Position numbers and translations under genes: made by a program
The notes under the pieces: generated by a model
What the model was told of the DNA's origin: nothing
Database searches by the model: none
The model's input: the letters and a program-made list of their open reading frames with translations, nothing else
Assembly (NCBI RefSeq): GCF_031769215.1
Contig: NW_026782019.1
Coordinates: forward strand, 682,001 to 746,000
Source: Ylistrum balloti
Lineage: Eukaryota
DNA: 64,000 bases
Reading direction: 5' to 3'
Shown: positions 35,956-50,900 of the stretch, one piece after another
Layout: each line of letters starts with the position of its first letter
Position numbering within the stretch: position 1 is the first letter of the stretch

Positions 35956-38900
35956 TCATGACGTAAATTGTCTATAATCATGTGACTGGTTGTCTTCTTC
36001 ATCACTGCGCCATGTTTGGATAATGCTCTCCTCGTCTTCTGACATCTCATACCTGATGGAATTGAAAAACACATACAACAATTTCAAGTAGTTTGATTAT
36101 ATATATATATATATATATCTACAAGTGGTGCATAGCTGCAGAGCTCATTCAAATTGCGCATAGGATGTGAATGTATCCATGCCCTACACCGTATTGGTGA
36201 CATAATATATATATTGATATATTAAGAATCTATGAAAGTCAGGTTTTACCGAAAGTAAATTTTATAAAACCTAATTCCAATATTCTTCCAGACGTTTTGC
36301 GTTGACAAGTTAAATTTCAGAACAACATAATTCTGAAATCAGTTTTCACAATATTCGTTTTTCGGTTGCTTGTTCAACAATTGAAAATTCAGAATTTTCA
36401 CTGATAATTAAAATATCAGCCTATTGCATTTTGATGAAGGATGGAAATTCTTTGAAAAAATTACATATTCGATGTCTATCAAACAATCAATAAACCTACC
36501 AGGCCTTGTCATTTTCTCTTGCTTCATCTGCATCCTACAGGTAGTAAATCAAAATATTAAAATAAAAACGTCAAATAAATATTTCAAGAAAAAAACTGTG
36601 AACGGAAGTAAAGATATTTTTAAAATCATACTATCACAACAGTAATGAAAACATGGTTGCTTATGAAATGTACAACTTTAAATAACACGGTCACTTACTG
36701 TTAACGACACCTCGTCCCAACGTTTTTCCTGTGTATCTGTCGATCGTCCGAACTCTCCTGTTGATCGTCCGTAACTGTCTAGAAACTCTGACGATGTAAG
36801 TTCGCTTGGTCCTTGAATATCCTCCTCACTAAACAGTTTAATTTTCGATCTCTGGCGATCTTTTATCTTACGGTTGCTAAGAGTATCTGGTTTGGTGACT
36901 TGCTGCCTATACCGATGGTGACTGATGCGCGGGTCGGGATTGTGTATGTAGGAAGGGTCGGGTCTGGCCCGGCCTCCAAGCCTCCGTCCACTTGCCGTCA
37001 CGACAGTCTCGACCAAGTCACTTCGTTCAGTATTAAACCGCTTCATGGCTTGAAGGTGTTGGGCAAGGCGGTGTTCTCGAAGCACTTCTTCGGGCGCATC
37101 TTCGTTTTCTAAGTTCAACACAACGTTGTTAGAAAAAGTATCATCGTCATCATAATAGTCATCTTCCTCCTCATTTGCTCTCCTGTGACGCCACCTAGAG
37201 GCATTGCGTCGTGTGTCTTCCCACCAATCAGATTCAGAATCACTCGAATCTGCACTAAGAGTATCAGCACGTGAAGTCCAATCCGATGTCCGTTCCGTTC
37301 CGGTTATACCAGAAGTTAGCGTAATTGTGTTTGAACAAACTGACACTTGGTCGACTGGAGGAAACATTCGGTTTTGTAGTTGCCGTGAAGTGTATCTATT
37401 CGCGTACATAGGAGCATCACGCACAATGAGCTGTCCATCCGGATGTTGGTCTGGTGGACGATTAGTGGGTAACACACTAGAGAATTTCACTTCCTTTTCT
37501 CTAGGTTTCACTGTTTCTGCTGGAATAACCTTTGCCACATCATTTTTATCTGTAGGATCAACACTAACTCCCTTGTCCGGCGCACACATGGGTTCTTGCC
37601 GCTCTTTCTGAACGTCTATATTAATATTTTGACTTAACAAAACTGTGTTGATGATGCTGTCAATGTCACCGGGAATATTTTTACTTGAAGGCAGAATTTT
37701 CTGTACCTCTTCAGCGACCTTCGATCTGGAAATCATAAGTAAACAGAGAATAACAAAGATATTTAAAATTTTCCTTCGATAAACAAATACAGTATATTTT
37801 ACATATTCCTAAATCAATGTTACTCACATGAAGGATTTTGAAGAAGGTTCGAGGCAAACACTCTCATTTTCCCCCTCCGATCGATCGGAGTCTACCGTCA
37901 ACGTGGAGAAATCCTTCAGCACTTTGGACAAGAGATCGCTTGTACTAGCTAGGGGAGAGAACTCGAACAGGTCCTGTAATCTCTCTCCTTCTGCCCGGAT
38001 ATTGTCCAGCTGTGTCCTATAATCATGGAATATCAATAAAATATAAAGACTTGTATCACAACTCTGCGTTCGACAAGTACGAATTGTAATAATTACAGAT
38101 ATCACAAAACAATCCTAACAGAAACCTTTCGGATGGCATTCCACTGCAGTCATTGTGCTCAAGTAGGAATTACATTTTACATCACTTGTTATTGCGTCAA
38201 ATACCAAATTGAATGGTATCCGCAGGTAGTTCATTTCATTTTATGAATTGGTGATCCCTTATAGTCACGTTTATCTGTGCATTTTATGCTGAAAATATTG
38301 TAGTCAATTTCAGTGGTGGAAGAAAGCAATGAGAAAATTAATGATAACAAGATATGTTTCAATATTAAGGACATGATAACTTGCCTTCTCTTTTGTACAG
38401 TTGCGTATATGTAACCCATTTATGTATTGTCAGGATATAGCTGAGTCAGCATACATTATTATCGGATAAGCACGAGGAAGCTATTACAGAAGTTTCATTT
38501 TCGTACCGGGTCGTACAAACAGTAGTAGAAACAGCTGTTTATGTTCCTATCGAAGTAGGACAGTTTGAAAGCAAGGCGAAAAAATCTCTGGAAATACGCT
38601 TGAATAAACACTATCATATATCATCAGAACAGCACATTTGAAAAATAGATCTGCCGAACAGAAAGAGAGACATATCAAAATAAACAAGTCTTCATCATGC
38701 TATGAGTGTATTTTACCTAAGTTGCGTTTTCTTATCGGATTCTATTCCGTCCAGCAGTACCTCCACCTTGCCATAGAGATTGGTTAGACTCTCGGTAATA
38801 GTCAACTGTGTTTCTGCACTGCTTTTCAACGTGTCCAAGACATTCTTCTGATGACAAACAAGACGCTGCTCTAGCTGCAAGGACACCAACGTTATCATAA

Positions 38901-41900
38901 ACATTACAACTGGACACATGGTTGTCGGGTATTTTGTGTGGATTAATTTGTACGAAATAGGGACTTCCAACAAATCCGATATTATGTCTAGGAACGGGTT
39001 CAAATCATTACCATTATCGGTATTTTGTCACAATTGTTCAACAACAATATCTTTCATCACTAGGACATATATTTTTCTATAGATTACTTCAAATGTGCCC
39101 TAAGCTACGTTCCATTTCAATCAAAGAATCTGCATCAACAGTCAACAGTTTCCTAAGTAATGCACAGAGTATGAATCACAATTGTCATCTTTGAAGTAGG
39201 TATGATACACCAAACTATTTGTAGTTTCCACCGCAATAAAAGATAGAACTGCGCCTCACAAGACAAGACCTAAAGAGACTTAGTTGAACAAACCGTTTCC
39301 TGTAATTTTACATTCTTCCTACTTATTTCAGTGATGTATCATACATTCCAGAGAGCATTTTCATTATAAACATAAGTACAAATAATGTCCTGGGCACAGT
39401 GTTGAATAATTAGTATCTATGGCTGATAATACGAAGAATGGTTACCTGTTCAATGGCACTTTGAGTGGTCATCCTGTTGGATCGAAGTCTAAAACAGACA
39501 ATAAGAAACATTGAATGAAATCATTGAAAGCACTGAAATTCAGAAAACAACATTGTAGTTTAATTGGCCCATCCTTTCCTGAAATTGCCCGACTTGGAGA
39601 TTGTGGTCTAAACAACATTCCATTTTGTCGTGTGACTTATACCCACCTCTTCACTGCAAGACTGTCCGACGTATGATCTCGCAACAAACATTTACAACAC
39701 TGGTGGAGTAGCAAGAAATGGTAACACGCCATCTGGTTGTGATGCACAGCAACATGTAAGGGGTGTAAACCTTCAGCATTCTCTGTCCAACCTGAGTAAC
39801 CCTGCTCTATCATCACCTATCATCAATAGAAGATATCTTCTTTCAAATTTTGGTCAGTCCTCAAAACATACTTTAAACTTCATGTACGTATCTTAACGCT
39901 GAACAGTAATAGGGCGATACTGAGATTTCATTATAGTTTTAATAGGTCACAAGTCTTCTTTCGTTCATTGGTTTTTGTGTTCTTATTTGATATATGCCAT
40001 AATTTCATTGAAAACAACACGCAAAAACAACCATGTTTTGTTTACAATTCACGGCGAGACTCTTAGAATAAGACCTGATTTGTCGGCAATATTTCACAAA
40101 TTATCAATATTGTTGATTCGGCATCATGCATTAGAGACAACAACTTACGTGTAGACATGTCACGTGACCATGGGCCGCTGCGATGTGTGCTGCAGTATCT
40201 CCCCTGCTATTCTTAGGTAACATCAATTGGCCTTCCTTTTCCTTGGAAAGGAAGCCGAGCAATTTCTCGAGGCATCCACACTGTACGTGACAAAATAACA
40301 GCATCAATTAATATGTTGCATTATGTTAATAACGTCAACTTGCAAGTATCTTTCATTTAAGAGGCTTTGTCATTATCGATTCTATCATCATATTATCATA
40401 ATACATAAATTAAGTACCATGCGTTTGCTTACCTCCCCTTTCTTTGCCGCTACTTCTAGCAGTTTGCTAACTGTTCCTGGAGGTGGCGCCTCTTCACCGT
40501 ACTGTAGCTTTAACAGAGCGTTCATAGCCATCTCCTTTCCATACTTGCAAAACAAAACACGGCGAATCAAGTTAAACATTTCATACATTCATTTCAACAC
40601 TTTAGGATCCTGCGGAAGGTGATTGGAATCGACGAGTTAAAATGATCGTCATAACAGGCTTTTTCTATCACTGTTACAAGATCTAGTAGTATACAAGAGC
40701 TCCTTTTCTGACAGTTCATAGAGACATCCATACAAAAAACCTATTATAACCTACCTGAACAGATACATCTAAGGAAGACAGCCGATCATAATTGAGGTCA
40801 TATGTCAATTCTGGAAACCGGGTTCCGAGCTCGATTATTACTTTAGTTTTGTCAACCATTGCCGCCTTGTGAAGTAGAGTGTTTCCTTGGCCATCTCTAA
40901 GCTTCCTAAGTCTCTCCTCTGGCCATGACGTCAACGTCTGGATCTGCAGAGGTAAAAATTCATACAATTTATATCGAATTTGAAATAGTAATTTGAACTT
41001 TGTATAAAATGAAAGTTGAAAGGAACAGTTGTGTGTGAAACGTTTGTACGGCATGGATAATTTATTCCTTGTTGAAACCAGCATATCTGCTTACTGGATT
41101 TTTACGTAATCATCTTATAACTGTGACATCATTTTTAATTGGTTATTAAGCAAGGATGGCAATTTCTCAAAAAAACAAAAAAAAAAGACGAAAACAGAGA
41201 ACATTTGAAGAGATCGGAAATCTGGCATTGTGTTTAAGTTAAAAGTATCGACTTCAACAACTAGTTCGATGTTACAATCTAAAACCATATTTTTTTTGAT
41301 ATATACAGGAATGCGCTTTCATTAAGATGCAATGAGACGACCACAGACTTTGTCAGATAACACAATAACGTTAACTACACCGTCAATTAACAGACTGACA
41401 GATGAGGTATACTTTCCAAACATAATCCTTACAATCTTATCTTCATCGTCCTCTGCGTCGATGATGGTGAACCAGTATTTTATCTCCTGTTGAGACGATG
41501 ACTTTGACCTGCGGGACTCAACTGATCCCTTTAAGGATCCGACTGAAGATCCTCCTTTTATCTTTGGTAGGGGAGGTAATTTGCGAGGAGAGCTCTGAGT
41601 TCGTGTTACCTCCTCTCTGTTCGCCTTGACACCTACTGCTGTTTCGCCACCTTGAACCTCGTTTTGACTGTCTACGTTATGCACGTTCTTTTGTTGACCT
41701 TTGACTTTTGGTTTACGGTGGAAAAGGTTACCAAGTTTTGACTTCTTTGAGTCGCTCGATTTTGAATCGTCATCACTCAGTATGTGGTTGTCATGGATAC
41801 CATTAGGTATGTGTTTCTTTTTTAGTTTATTAGGTCGTGGATGAGAATCTCTATAGTTAGAGTTCTGTAAAAAAAAATAACGACAATAAAGATATTACAT

Positions 41901-44900
41901 TTGGACTCTTAACACACACGAAACACCAAAAGAATGAATACTGAAAGCGGGGAGTAACAAAGTGCATAAGATCAATGGGTCAACAGCGTGCACAACTAAA
42001 GAACATATGAATTTATGTAAAAAATAAACATGAAATTGTCATAGTAAACTGTTAATTTCTTACAACAGTGATTTGCATTGTGTGAACATCTTTTAACCAG
42101 CAGCGGCAAACGCAAAAAAGAAGATAAATATAGCATCATTCAAAAATACTTACAATTGAAGTAGGTGCGCCATTTAAGTTGTTGGCGGCGAAACACTCGG
42201 AAATACTATCATCGATTGGAAATTCTCGCACAAAATTCTCAAAATCCTTGTCAGTCACTAATGCGACATCTACAAAACTTTCATTACTCACTTCAGTCTT
42301 TTCAGAATCAGAGTAACGTTCATGCATAGACTGTATGGTGAGAATATCTGTAAAAATAAGTAAGGGCATGAGAGTATGAGAAAAAGAGGAGAACGAAATG
42401 TAGGGTGTTATAGGAGGAAGTGTAACACTCGTGGAAGGCAGTAGGCGGAAATATGTATTGGAAGTTAAGTGACCGTTATAATGTATATTGTTTTCCATAT
42501 GTATTGATGATGTATTTATAACGTAAGCTGATGATGTTTGTAATGTGTGCTTACGATTTAAGTAATTAAATATATATTTTCGTCTGTACAGTAATGTAGT
42601 GATGAACGCTGTTTAAAGTCATACGTTCAAAGACCAGATACATTTTAGCTGAATATATATATATGTTTGGTACTTACCGAATAAAGCCTCTGGATTATCG
42701 TCCAAAGTGTCCACGTACGGGTCCATGGTCCCACAGGTGTGGGACTTGAGGAAGGCCTCAAAGCTTGTGTCAGGACTTAATGAGCTTCTGCTGCTGGACG
42801 ACGTGTGCAGGAGGCTGTGGAAGATGATAATAGTGTTGGATAAACAATTATAGTAACACTGAACATGTATGGTATCGACATCAATTAAATAGATAATGAA
42901 ATAGTTGTCAATTATATTTACTTTATATGGCTTTATATCTATAAAATATCCATTGTCAGAGTGCAGTTTATCAACATCCTAGTGTACTGAGGACGGGTAA
43001 TCGTACTTAGTTAATCATTTTACTGACCGTTTTTGTGTGTGATATTGNNNNNNNNNNNNNNNNNNNNNNNNNNNNNNNNNNNNNNNNNNNNNNNNNNNNN
43101 NNNNNNNNNNNNNNNNNNNNNNNNNNNNNNNNNNNNNNNNNNNNNNNNNNNNNNNNNNNNNNNNNNNNNNNNNNNNNNNNNNNNNNNNNNNNNNNNNNNN
43201 NNNNNNNNNNNNNNNNNNNNNNNNNNNNNNNATTCAGACTTGTTGGAGTGGAAGTAAACGATTATCTACAATAGTTAACTTTTTTCAACATATCGTATCA
43301 TATTTCTAAATAACATTTTATAATCAATGGTTTTCAGAGCTTTTACGTTTCGCTGTGACATTATTTCATAATCGATGAGGGTTGAGATTGTTTACAAAAT
43401 GTGTGTATTGTTATGGTTTTGCCATATCAGAAAGGTGTTCATATAAATCCCTACCTATATTGTGAGAATGCCATTATCATATTAATTCTCGAGGAACAGT
43501 GATAAATAGCTGTCCCCTTTGACAAAGTGTCTTGTATATACCGTAATATCAAACATTGAAAATCAATGCTGAGGTAGCGGCCCTAAGGTCGATGTTTGTT
43601 GAGGGACGAGCTATTCAACACTAGAACGCCCCGCGCGTATTGTTAATCCTGATGTCTTATTGTGAAAACGATATCGGAATGTTAAGAATTCAAATCAATG
43701 AAATAGATGACATAGAACGGTTTCATATAGGCGATATACATCTCGTCAGAATAGTATATGTACACCATACAGTCAACCGACTCGTATTAAAATTGATAAA
43801 ATCACTTCAGAGACTGGTGTTATTATTTATTTACAATTTCTGGGGGGTTTTCTCATATGTTCGATACATCTTTAATGGTGCGTTTTAATGAGAATATAGG
43901 CGTGGAGGATACAGTCGAGACGGTGTGAATTGATTTTTATGGTTTACAATCTGTAGCCTGTGGCTATATAGCATACTAAAGTATTTCTAGACGATCTAGC
44001 ATCAACTCAATATAATTCATCAAAGTGATTTGTTTCAGTAGTAAGTTTGAAGGGTGACTATTTCTTTGATCAAAGTACACGAAAACACACATAAATCAGA
44101 TCTTACAGACAGACAAACATATACCGGCCTATTATAATCTATTAGTATTTTGGTTTTCTTTATGGATGTTATAGAACAGTTCACAATTACAAGGTGTTCA
44201 AAGCTGGGAAATAAGATAACCAATCCATTTATTCTTCAGGAACTTTGCTTAAAATATACTGATTTTTGAACTTTGTGTCAGTTAGGAAGAACTACCAGCC
44301 ATAACATCGTATTTCGTCATATTTGGTACTGCATTGTCCGTACTCATTTAACATAAACAGCGGAGACAAAATAATTCTTCGTTTATAGAAACACATAGGT
44401 CAACAGAAACCGGACGTATCAACAGGCAGTCCAGGGAGAAAACCAAGAAACATATCTACTTAACAATGCTCTATGGATTGAACTGAAGTAATATACATCA
44501 TAAATTCACTCTGGATATCCCGAAAAATCAACAACTTCATTTGTCCTTAAAGTTAAAGACCTCCGAATGTAGTTTGTCCTTCTTCCGCCGTAGAAACTAT
44601 TTGATTCACCATGCTTTTCAAAAGATGTGCTCATCTTTTGACAAAATCTCAAACCTCTAGAACACTTTTGAAATTACAACCCTTATATATATAATATATA
44701 ATACAAACAAAAAACAAAGTAACACACAAAACAGGTGTTCGCAATCGATATTATTAATAAGACTTTAGCATGACAGTGAAACAGTCGATTTTAGTCATTT
44801 CGTAGTGACAGAATGGCAGGGACAATAGCATACAGTTCAAGTCATACAAATCACGAATGCCAGCGCGGAATTTTTCCTGTTGACAAGAGTCTTTCAATAA

Positions 44901-47900
44901 CACCCAGATCTCGACGCCCATGTCCTACAGCGTTCACTCACAACATATCTAAAGCTGTGTTACACCCCTACTTCAGACACGAGATAACATCTGAGGAAGT
45001 ACTGTGGATTGTTCAGTGGAGAAATGAATAGGTTATCTACTCACAGTCACACAGTCAGTTACAGTCATATACCCAGAACAAATTATGTGATACTCATCCC
45101 TCTGCATATCGGCGTCATATCTTAAAATGAAAATGATTCATCGAAAAAGTATTTTTAAGGAAAAGAATGCAGTGTTCCCATGCACAGTATGACAGGTATT
45201 TTCTCAAATATTTTAAATTTTAGTAACATCGGAATATCTTTTAAACAATAAAACAAGTAATGTTAATTTGCAAGAAAAAATATATGTTTGTGAATACTAG
45301 AACCAACTTCTTCATTGAAAAAAAAAGATATTTATATGCCTAACAGGTGAACGAAAAAACAAAAAGCACATCTTTTTGTTCAAACTCATTAAAGAAAAAT
45401 GAGTTTTTTCCCAAATTTCCATGAGGAACCTGTTTGGATTGCATTCTTTTTATGATTGAGTCTGTTCTCTCTAGGTGTAACCTACCTGTCTTTGAAATTG
45501 ACTTATACAGAACATTAGTGTCCAAGCTCAAGAGAGTTTGTTTAAAAGATTTTTTTTATTTGATATGGAGCTTTATATACATGTCACATCAAATCAGTAG
45601 ATAAGTTTTATTAATTCAATATTGAAATGAAAATATTTGTTTTAAAAAATTCTTTTTTCGATAATTCCTAATTTATTTATTTGGACAAAGTTATCTCTAA
45701 AAAGTTTATTTGTGAGGTTTAAGTCTTAACCAGCATCAGTGTGACAATTTCTACACATGTACTTACACATGTGGTTGGAATTTGGCGATATTCAACATTT
45801 AGCTCATTTTTTTTATTGTTGTGAAAAGATGCATTTTGACCTCTACATTTACGACAAAAAATGTCAATTTCAACTTCTTGGTAGCTCCTTAGGGGCCAGT
45901 TATATATATTTCACTGATAGTGGAGGGGCAATTTTCCCCGTTTGTGGGCCCTATGTCGTTTTTTTTAAATTGTTATCATTTCTGTTAAAATCATTCGAAC
46001 TCTAATTGAGAAATTTCCGTCATATTTGTTGGCACCATGCCACGAAGGATCTGTGCATGGAATATAGTGTAGTTTTCTATGGAAACGTATTGGTATAACA
46101 ACAGGTTTGGATTGCAGGTCCTTCTTAACGATATAACATTCGGAAAGAATTGTTCGAAAATCACATGAGTAAATAACAGCTTTTCGTACAAATTAATAAT
46201 ATGATACAGCATCGCCAAACAATCAACCGAACCAGACTTTGCAGCTTAATAAAACAAACCCAGAATAGAGAAGAGCTTATACTTAATATCTCAATATCGA
46301 TCAGCCTTTTCAGCTTCAGTTTTGTACTGGAAGGTTGGTCGTAACATATCAGAATTGCTGAAATGTCAACACAACAAACTCCAATCGTTGAAATGTTGTT
46401 AATTTAGTTTAAACTAAAGACAATATAACTCTGATACTGCTTTAATGCACAGAATTCATTTTAACTGGTATTGAAATACAGCCAGGTGAACTCCGGTCGA
46501 AAATTAAAAGTTGGTCAAAAATTTCGTTGCGTATTCAATGATCCATGTGTTTTATGAAGAAATACACTAATGCCTTGATCAATCAAAAATAGAGAACTTG
46601 TACAGTTAAGGTTTAAAGCCTGGTCACTTTGTTAGCGGAATTAATTACAGTAACGTTAGCTCTCAATGTCAAAGATTGAAATAATATAGCGTTTGTTCCT
46701 TGTACTTAAAATAGATTTTTTAATGGGAATATAAAGTTGACATGCCAGGAAGGGTATATATCTCCTGTCATAGCATGAGGGGTACATATCTGTCATACCA
46801 GGAGGGGTACAAACCTCCTGTCACACTAGGAGGGTTACAAACCTTCTGTCAAACCAGGAGGGTACAGACGCCTCTTGTCATACCAGGAAGGGTACTTACC
46901 TTAAGTCTAACGGAGAGGGATATAACCCTGCAGTCATATAAGAATTGTAACAATTGCTGTTGTCATAAGGAGAGGGTAAAAACCTGCTGTTAAACTGGGA
47001 GGATATAAACCTGCTGTCATACGGGGAGGGTACCCATCTGCTGTCATAAAAGGAGGTGGTTACAAACCTCCTGTCATATGGAGAGGGAACAAATCTGCCG
47101 TCACATGGGGAAGGTACAAACCTGCTGTTACACGAGGAGAGCGCAAATCTGCAGTCATATGGATAAAGGTACTGACAAAGAATAATACAAACCTGCTATC
47201 CGTAGATTTTGTTATGTGCCTTTTGTATTTGGGTCCAAATCGTGCATATTCCTCGTTCTCCACCATGCACGTGTATCGAAGGTACCTCATTATAGATTGC
47301 ATTTTAGTTCAATGTCGTGTACACAAATATCCAATGGTTTCTTTAAAATGCCATCAAAATCATGAGATACGGAGATAAAATATCTGGGATAAGAATCAAA
47401 GTAACTTCTAAGCCATCCTGGTAATACGTTTTCCGTCTTGTGTCAGTCCTCTCGGTTTGTCGGTATCATAAATAATGTATACATACGGATGGCTGCGTGT
47501 ATATTACCCGTGTATACGGGGTACAGTGCTTCCTTTGTGTGACCTTGGTAATAGCTAAATTCATATTTTGTATTGTATAAATGTAACTAATCCAACGTTT
47601 TCTCATATAATAGCGTGACTGTTCTTATGATGAATTTATATCCACACTACATGGCAGCCATACTAGTACATAAACCGATGTCACTAACATAATTTACTGA
47701 TGCGGCACAATTTCAATTAACAGTTCATCGCCAGTAAAAAACTGAAAGTAATGTCATGTTTGTAACCAATCACGTTTGTTCTTCATTTGCCTGTTAATGA
47801 GCCAGTCGACTAGAAGCTCTACGCCATGATCCAAATCAGTGTCAAACATTATACCAGTAACGCCCCCAAAATGTCCTCCTCCCCCAGTAGGTACATTGTG

Positions 47901-50900
47901 TCCAAGGCCTCGTGTCGCCGAGGTGACCTCTGAAGTGTTTGCTAACTAAGAGATTTTCAAACAAACACATCCACGTTGTAGAAGCTATGTGTCCACAGAA
48001 AACGAATTTTTATGCCGCTATCACATGTCAACAAGTGTGAATTAACAGCTTAATTCCCACGTCAAACATGTCCAGTGAACTCTCCTTTTCATCCCGATCG
48101 TCAAACTGTCATACAATGTAGCTGTAGATAGCCAGTTGAATAGAATGACGAGCTAAGAGTCAAACCGACTAGCAAACCGGACTAATCCTTACCGAGTAGT
48201 TAAATGACCACGAATTTCAATGTTCCCGTGTATGATGTTACTCGCAAAATGTTTTGTTGTCGAATTCGCACAAATACCTCATGATTCTACTATGATTTTG
48301 CAGGTTTATTATACCCGCAGGTCTCTATCCTCGCAGTAAATAGTCCGCGTATTTAATCCGCCTGTGTGAGAGTACAAACAAATCAAACCGAGTGTTGTCC
48401 TCGTCAAGTAGTCTTTTATATCTATCAAAATATCTCATAATCCAATATCACAAAGTGTATCATACTCTTTGCCACGACCCCAGGTCAAGCACGCCATTTA
48501 AATCCATAGTTATACTTCCGCTTGTGTTAGTACAAAATGGAGACCGTCTCCTAGATTTATATCTTGTCTGTCAAATGACGTAGTTACACCGATGAAGATG
48601 ACGGTTAATATGACCTACCTACTGACACAATAAGGAAAGTTCACTGGATTTAATTGTTCGCAATTATCTGGGAGTGAAGATTTTATAATACGCCAGATTG
48701 AATTTCTTCAACACAGTATATGCATTTTATTTATAACACGCCTCAGAACGGCACGCTGTTCCGAACACGAAGATCGCTCTTAACTATATGTAGTCTTTAT
48801 ATTGAAAGTTAACTGTAGGTAAAAGATGAAATGCTCCTACCTATAGGGTTAATACATCATGTGTCCTTCCAGTCAAATTTTATACTTAATAATCAGCATA
48901 CATCAATCATCCATCATTTTGAAATAGAGGGCAATGGATAACATAACCTTTGAACTTCTAGTTTAAGTATATAATACATATATACTAGTGAATGTCAAAC
49001 AAGTGGAAAAGTTACAAGATTATAAAGAAAACCAAATCTTTTTCTAGATCGTGTTACAACGGCCCAAGGGACAAAAAGCACCCCGAGAGAAACCTGGCGG
49101 TGAATTTCGTAAATGGATACCCACCGCGTTACTGTACCCTTGCCATACCTAACTGTATATCTCAGTAGTGCATCTACACAGGTCCACAATGATGTCAATG
49201 GGAGTCTACTATAGAAAAAACACTGACCTTTGGCCTAACACATACCTTACACTCCGTTTCAGATGTTCGTGGGTTCAGATATCACATTTAAAGCTTTGAC
49301 GTATTGTTGTCCCAAGCAACACGCTTTACTGGGTTTGACACGATAACAATATCGTGAAACTCACTAAAATCCATTAGAGAAAGCGAGTGAAAGTGTTGGA
49401 CAAAGTCGTATTTTACTTAATAACACATAATGATTCGACACCAATATGGCATACTTAGGTATATAACGCTCCATTAGGTGACTGCTGAGGACACGAAAGG
49501 AAACTGCGAAGACTCGATTTGCGGGAACGGATATTCTCGCGTTCGTTCCGGGAAACCAACGTTTTGGAGCTCGAGAAATGAAATTCCAACTCAAAATTGT
49601 ATGCATGATTCTCCTACATGCCGTTTGAAACAAGGAGAATAATGATAGAGAGTGATTTTATGGAGAATAAAAATACGGTGTCTTCATGACAACATTGCAA
49701 TGCTTTTTTGTACGTGTTTTCAAGAAAGGAAAAAGGCGCACTGGTTAAAGTAATTTTTTACTCCACAAACATATTGACAAGTTTGTCATATTCATTTCAA
49801 TTTTTCTTCGTGTAATCAAACAACTATACTGGTGCCGAGAGTAAATAAAAAGGAAATTGCAATGGTCTTATACCAGTAGACCTTGATCACGCCTCCATCT
49901 TCTAGTTTGATATCTAAACATTGAGAATCACAGTCACCTTACTAGCCTGGACTAATGGGAATTTCCCTTAAGGAAAACGGTATAGTGTCCGACTGGTTTT
50001 GAACCTCAGTCGAGGCGGAGTGTTTTTCTTTACTTCTGTCCATTGGAGATTTCTATCCACTTATAAAAAGGTATGACATAAGATTGTACAAAAGTCACAC
50101 AAGTTAATAGCATCTTTAACTAAACATTTGAATTAGATATAGCACAGCCAAACAATGCATTTGATGAATTTTGGTTTCTACTGACGTCTTATCATTTACT
50201 GAGAGTTGATAGGATATACATATCAGAGATACTTGGGGTCGACTGTTTGGAAGCTGAAGTTGCAGATGTGTTTTTTTCAGTTCCACTGTAAAGCCAGCAC
50301 TGGTAAAGTAATAGGAGGGGAGCCCGATAGCCCATTAAGTAACGCATATAACTAATGGTGAAAATCCGGGGTGTGTGGTTCGACCCTGAATTGGGACGGT
50401 TTGTGTTTCTTGGGTGAAGATCTGAGGTGTGTGGTTCGACTCTCAGCTGGGCCTGTGTGTCTTTCACAAGTAGCTGAGATCACGGACAGTCTCATGTTGG
50501 CGTGTCCTTGAGCATGGGGTTTAACCTAATTTTCTCTGGATAGCAAGCGACACGACTCCTACCTACTCCGCTGTTTTAGTGTAGTTAGGCGACAGGGCGG
50601 CGAGAACCCGGAAATAAGGAGACGGCAACTAGGATTCAAAGGGGTGGCAACCGGGAGTCAAAGGGGTGGCAACCGGAAGTCAACGGGCGGAAACAGGGAG
50701 GGAGTTAAGGCCTCTGGAATCAGGAATATGTTCCAAGTTTCACACCAATTATGAGACTGCCAACAATTCAAGAATTGTTACCGTCACTAAATTAGACCCC
50801 GAAATATACTTCCAGTTTACCCAGTTGTTCTTGTTTAATTTTCAGGATAATCAAAAGAACAAAGTACAGGTATCGGCATATTTTGTTAACGTGTCAACAT

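Noticed and set aside
35920-35990. Cluster of E-box/CLEAR-like motifs (TCACGTGA, TCATGTGA)
   Set aside because: Located at the stop codon and 3'UTR of the ankyrin gene; no evidence for regulatory use.
43033-43274. ORFs spanning the N run
   Set aside because: Artefacts of the assembly gap.
50225-50310. ILGVDCLEAEVADVFFSVPL as a reverse-transcriptase motif
   Set aside because: Weak resemblance only, immediately followed by stops, and no YxDD motif nearby.
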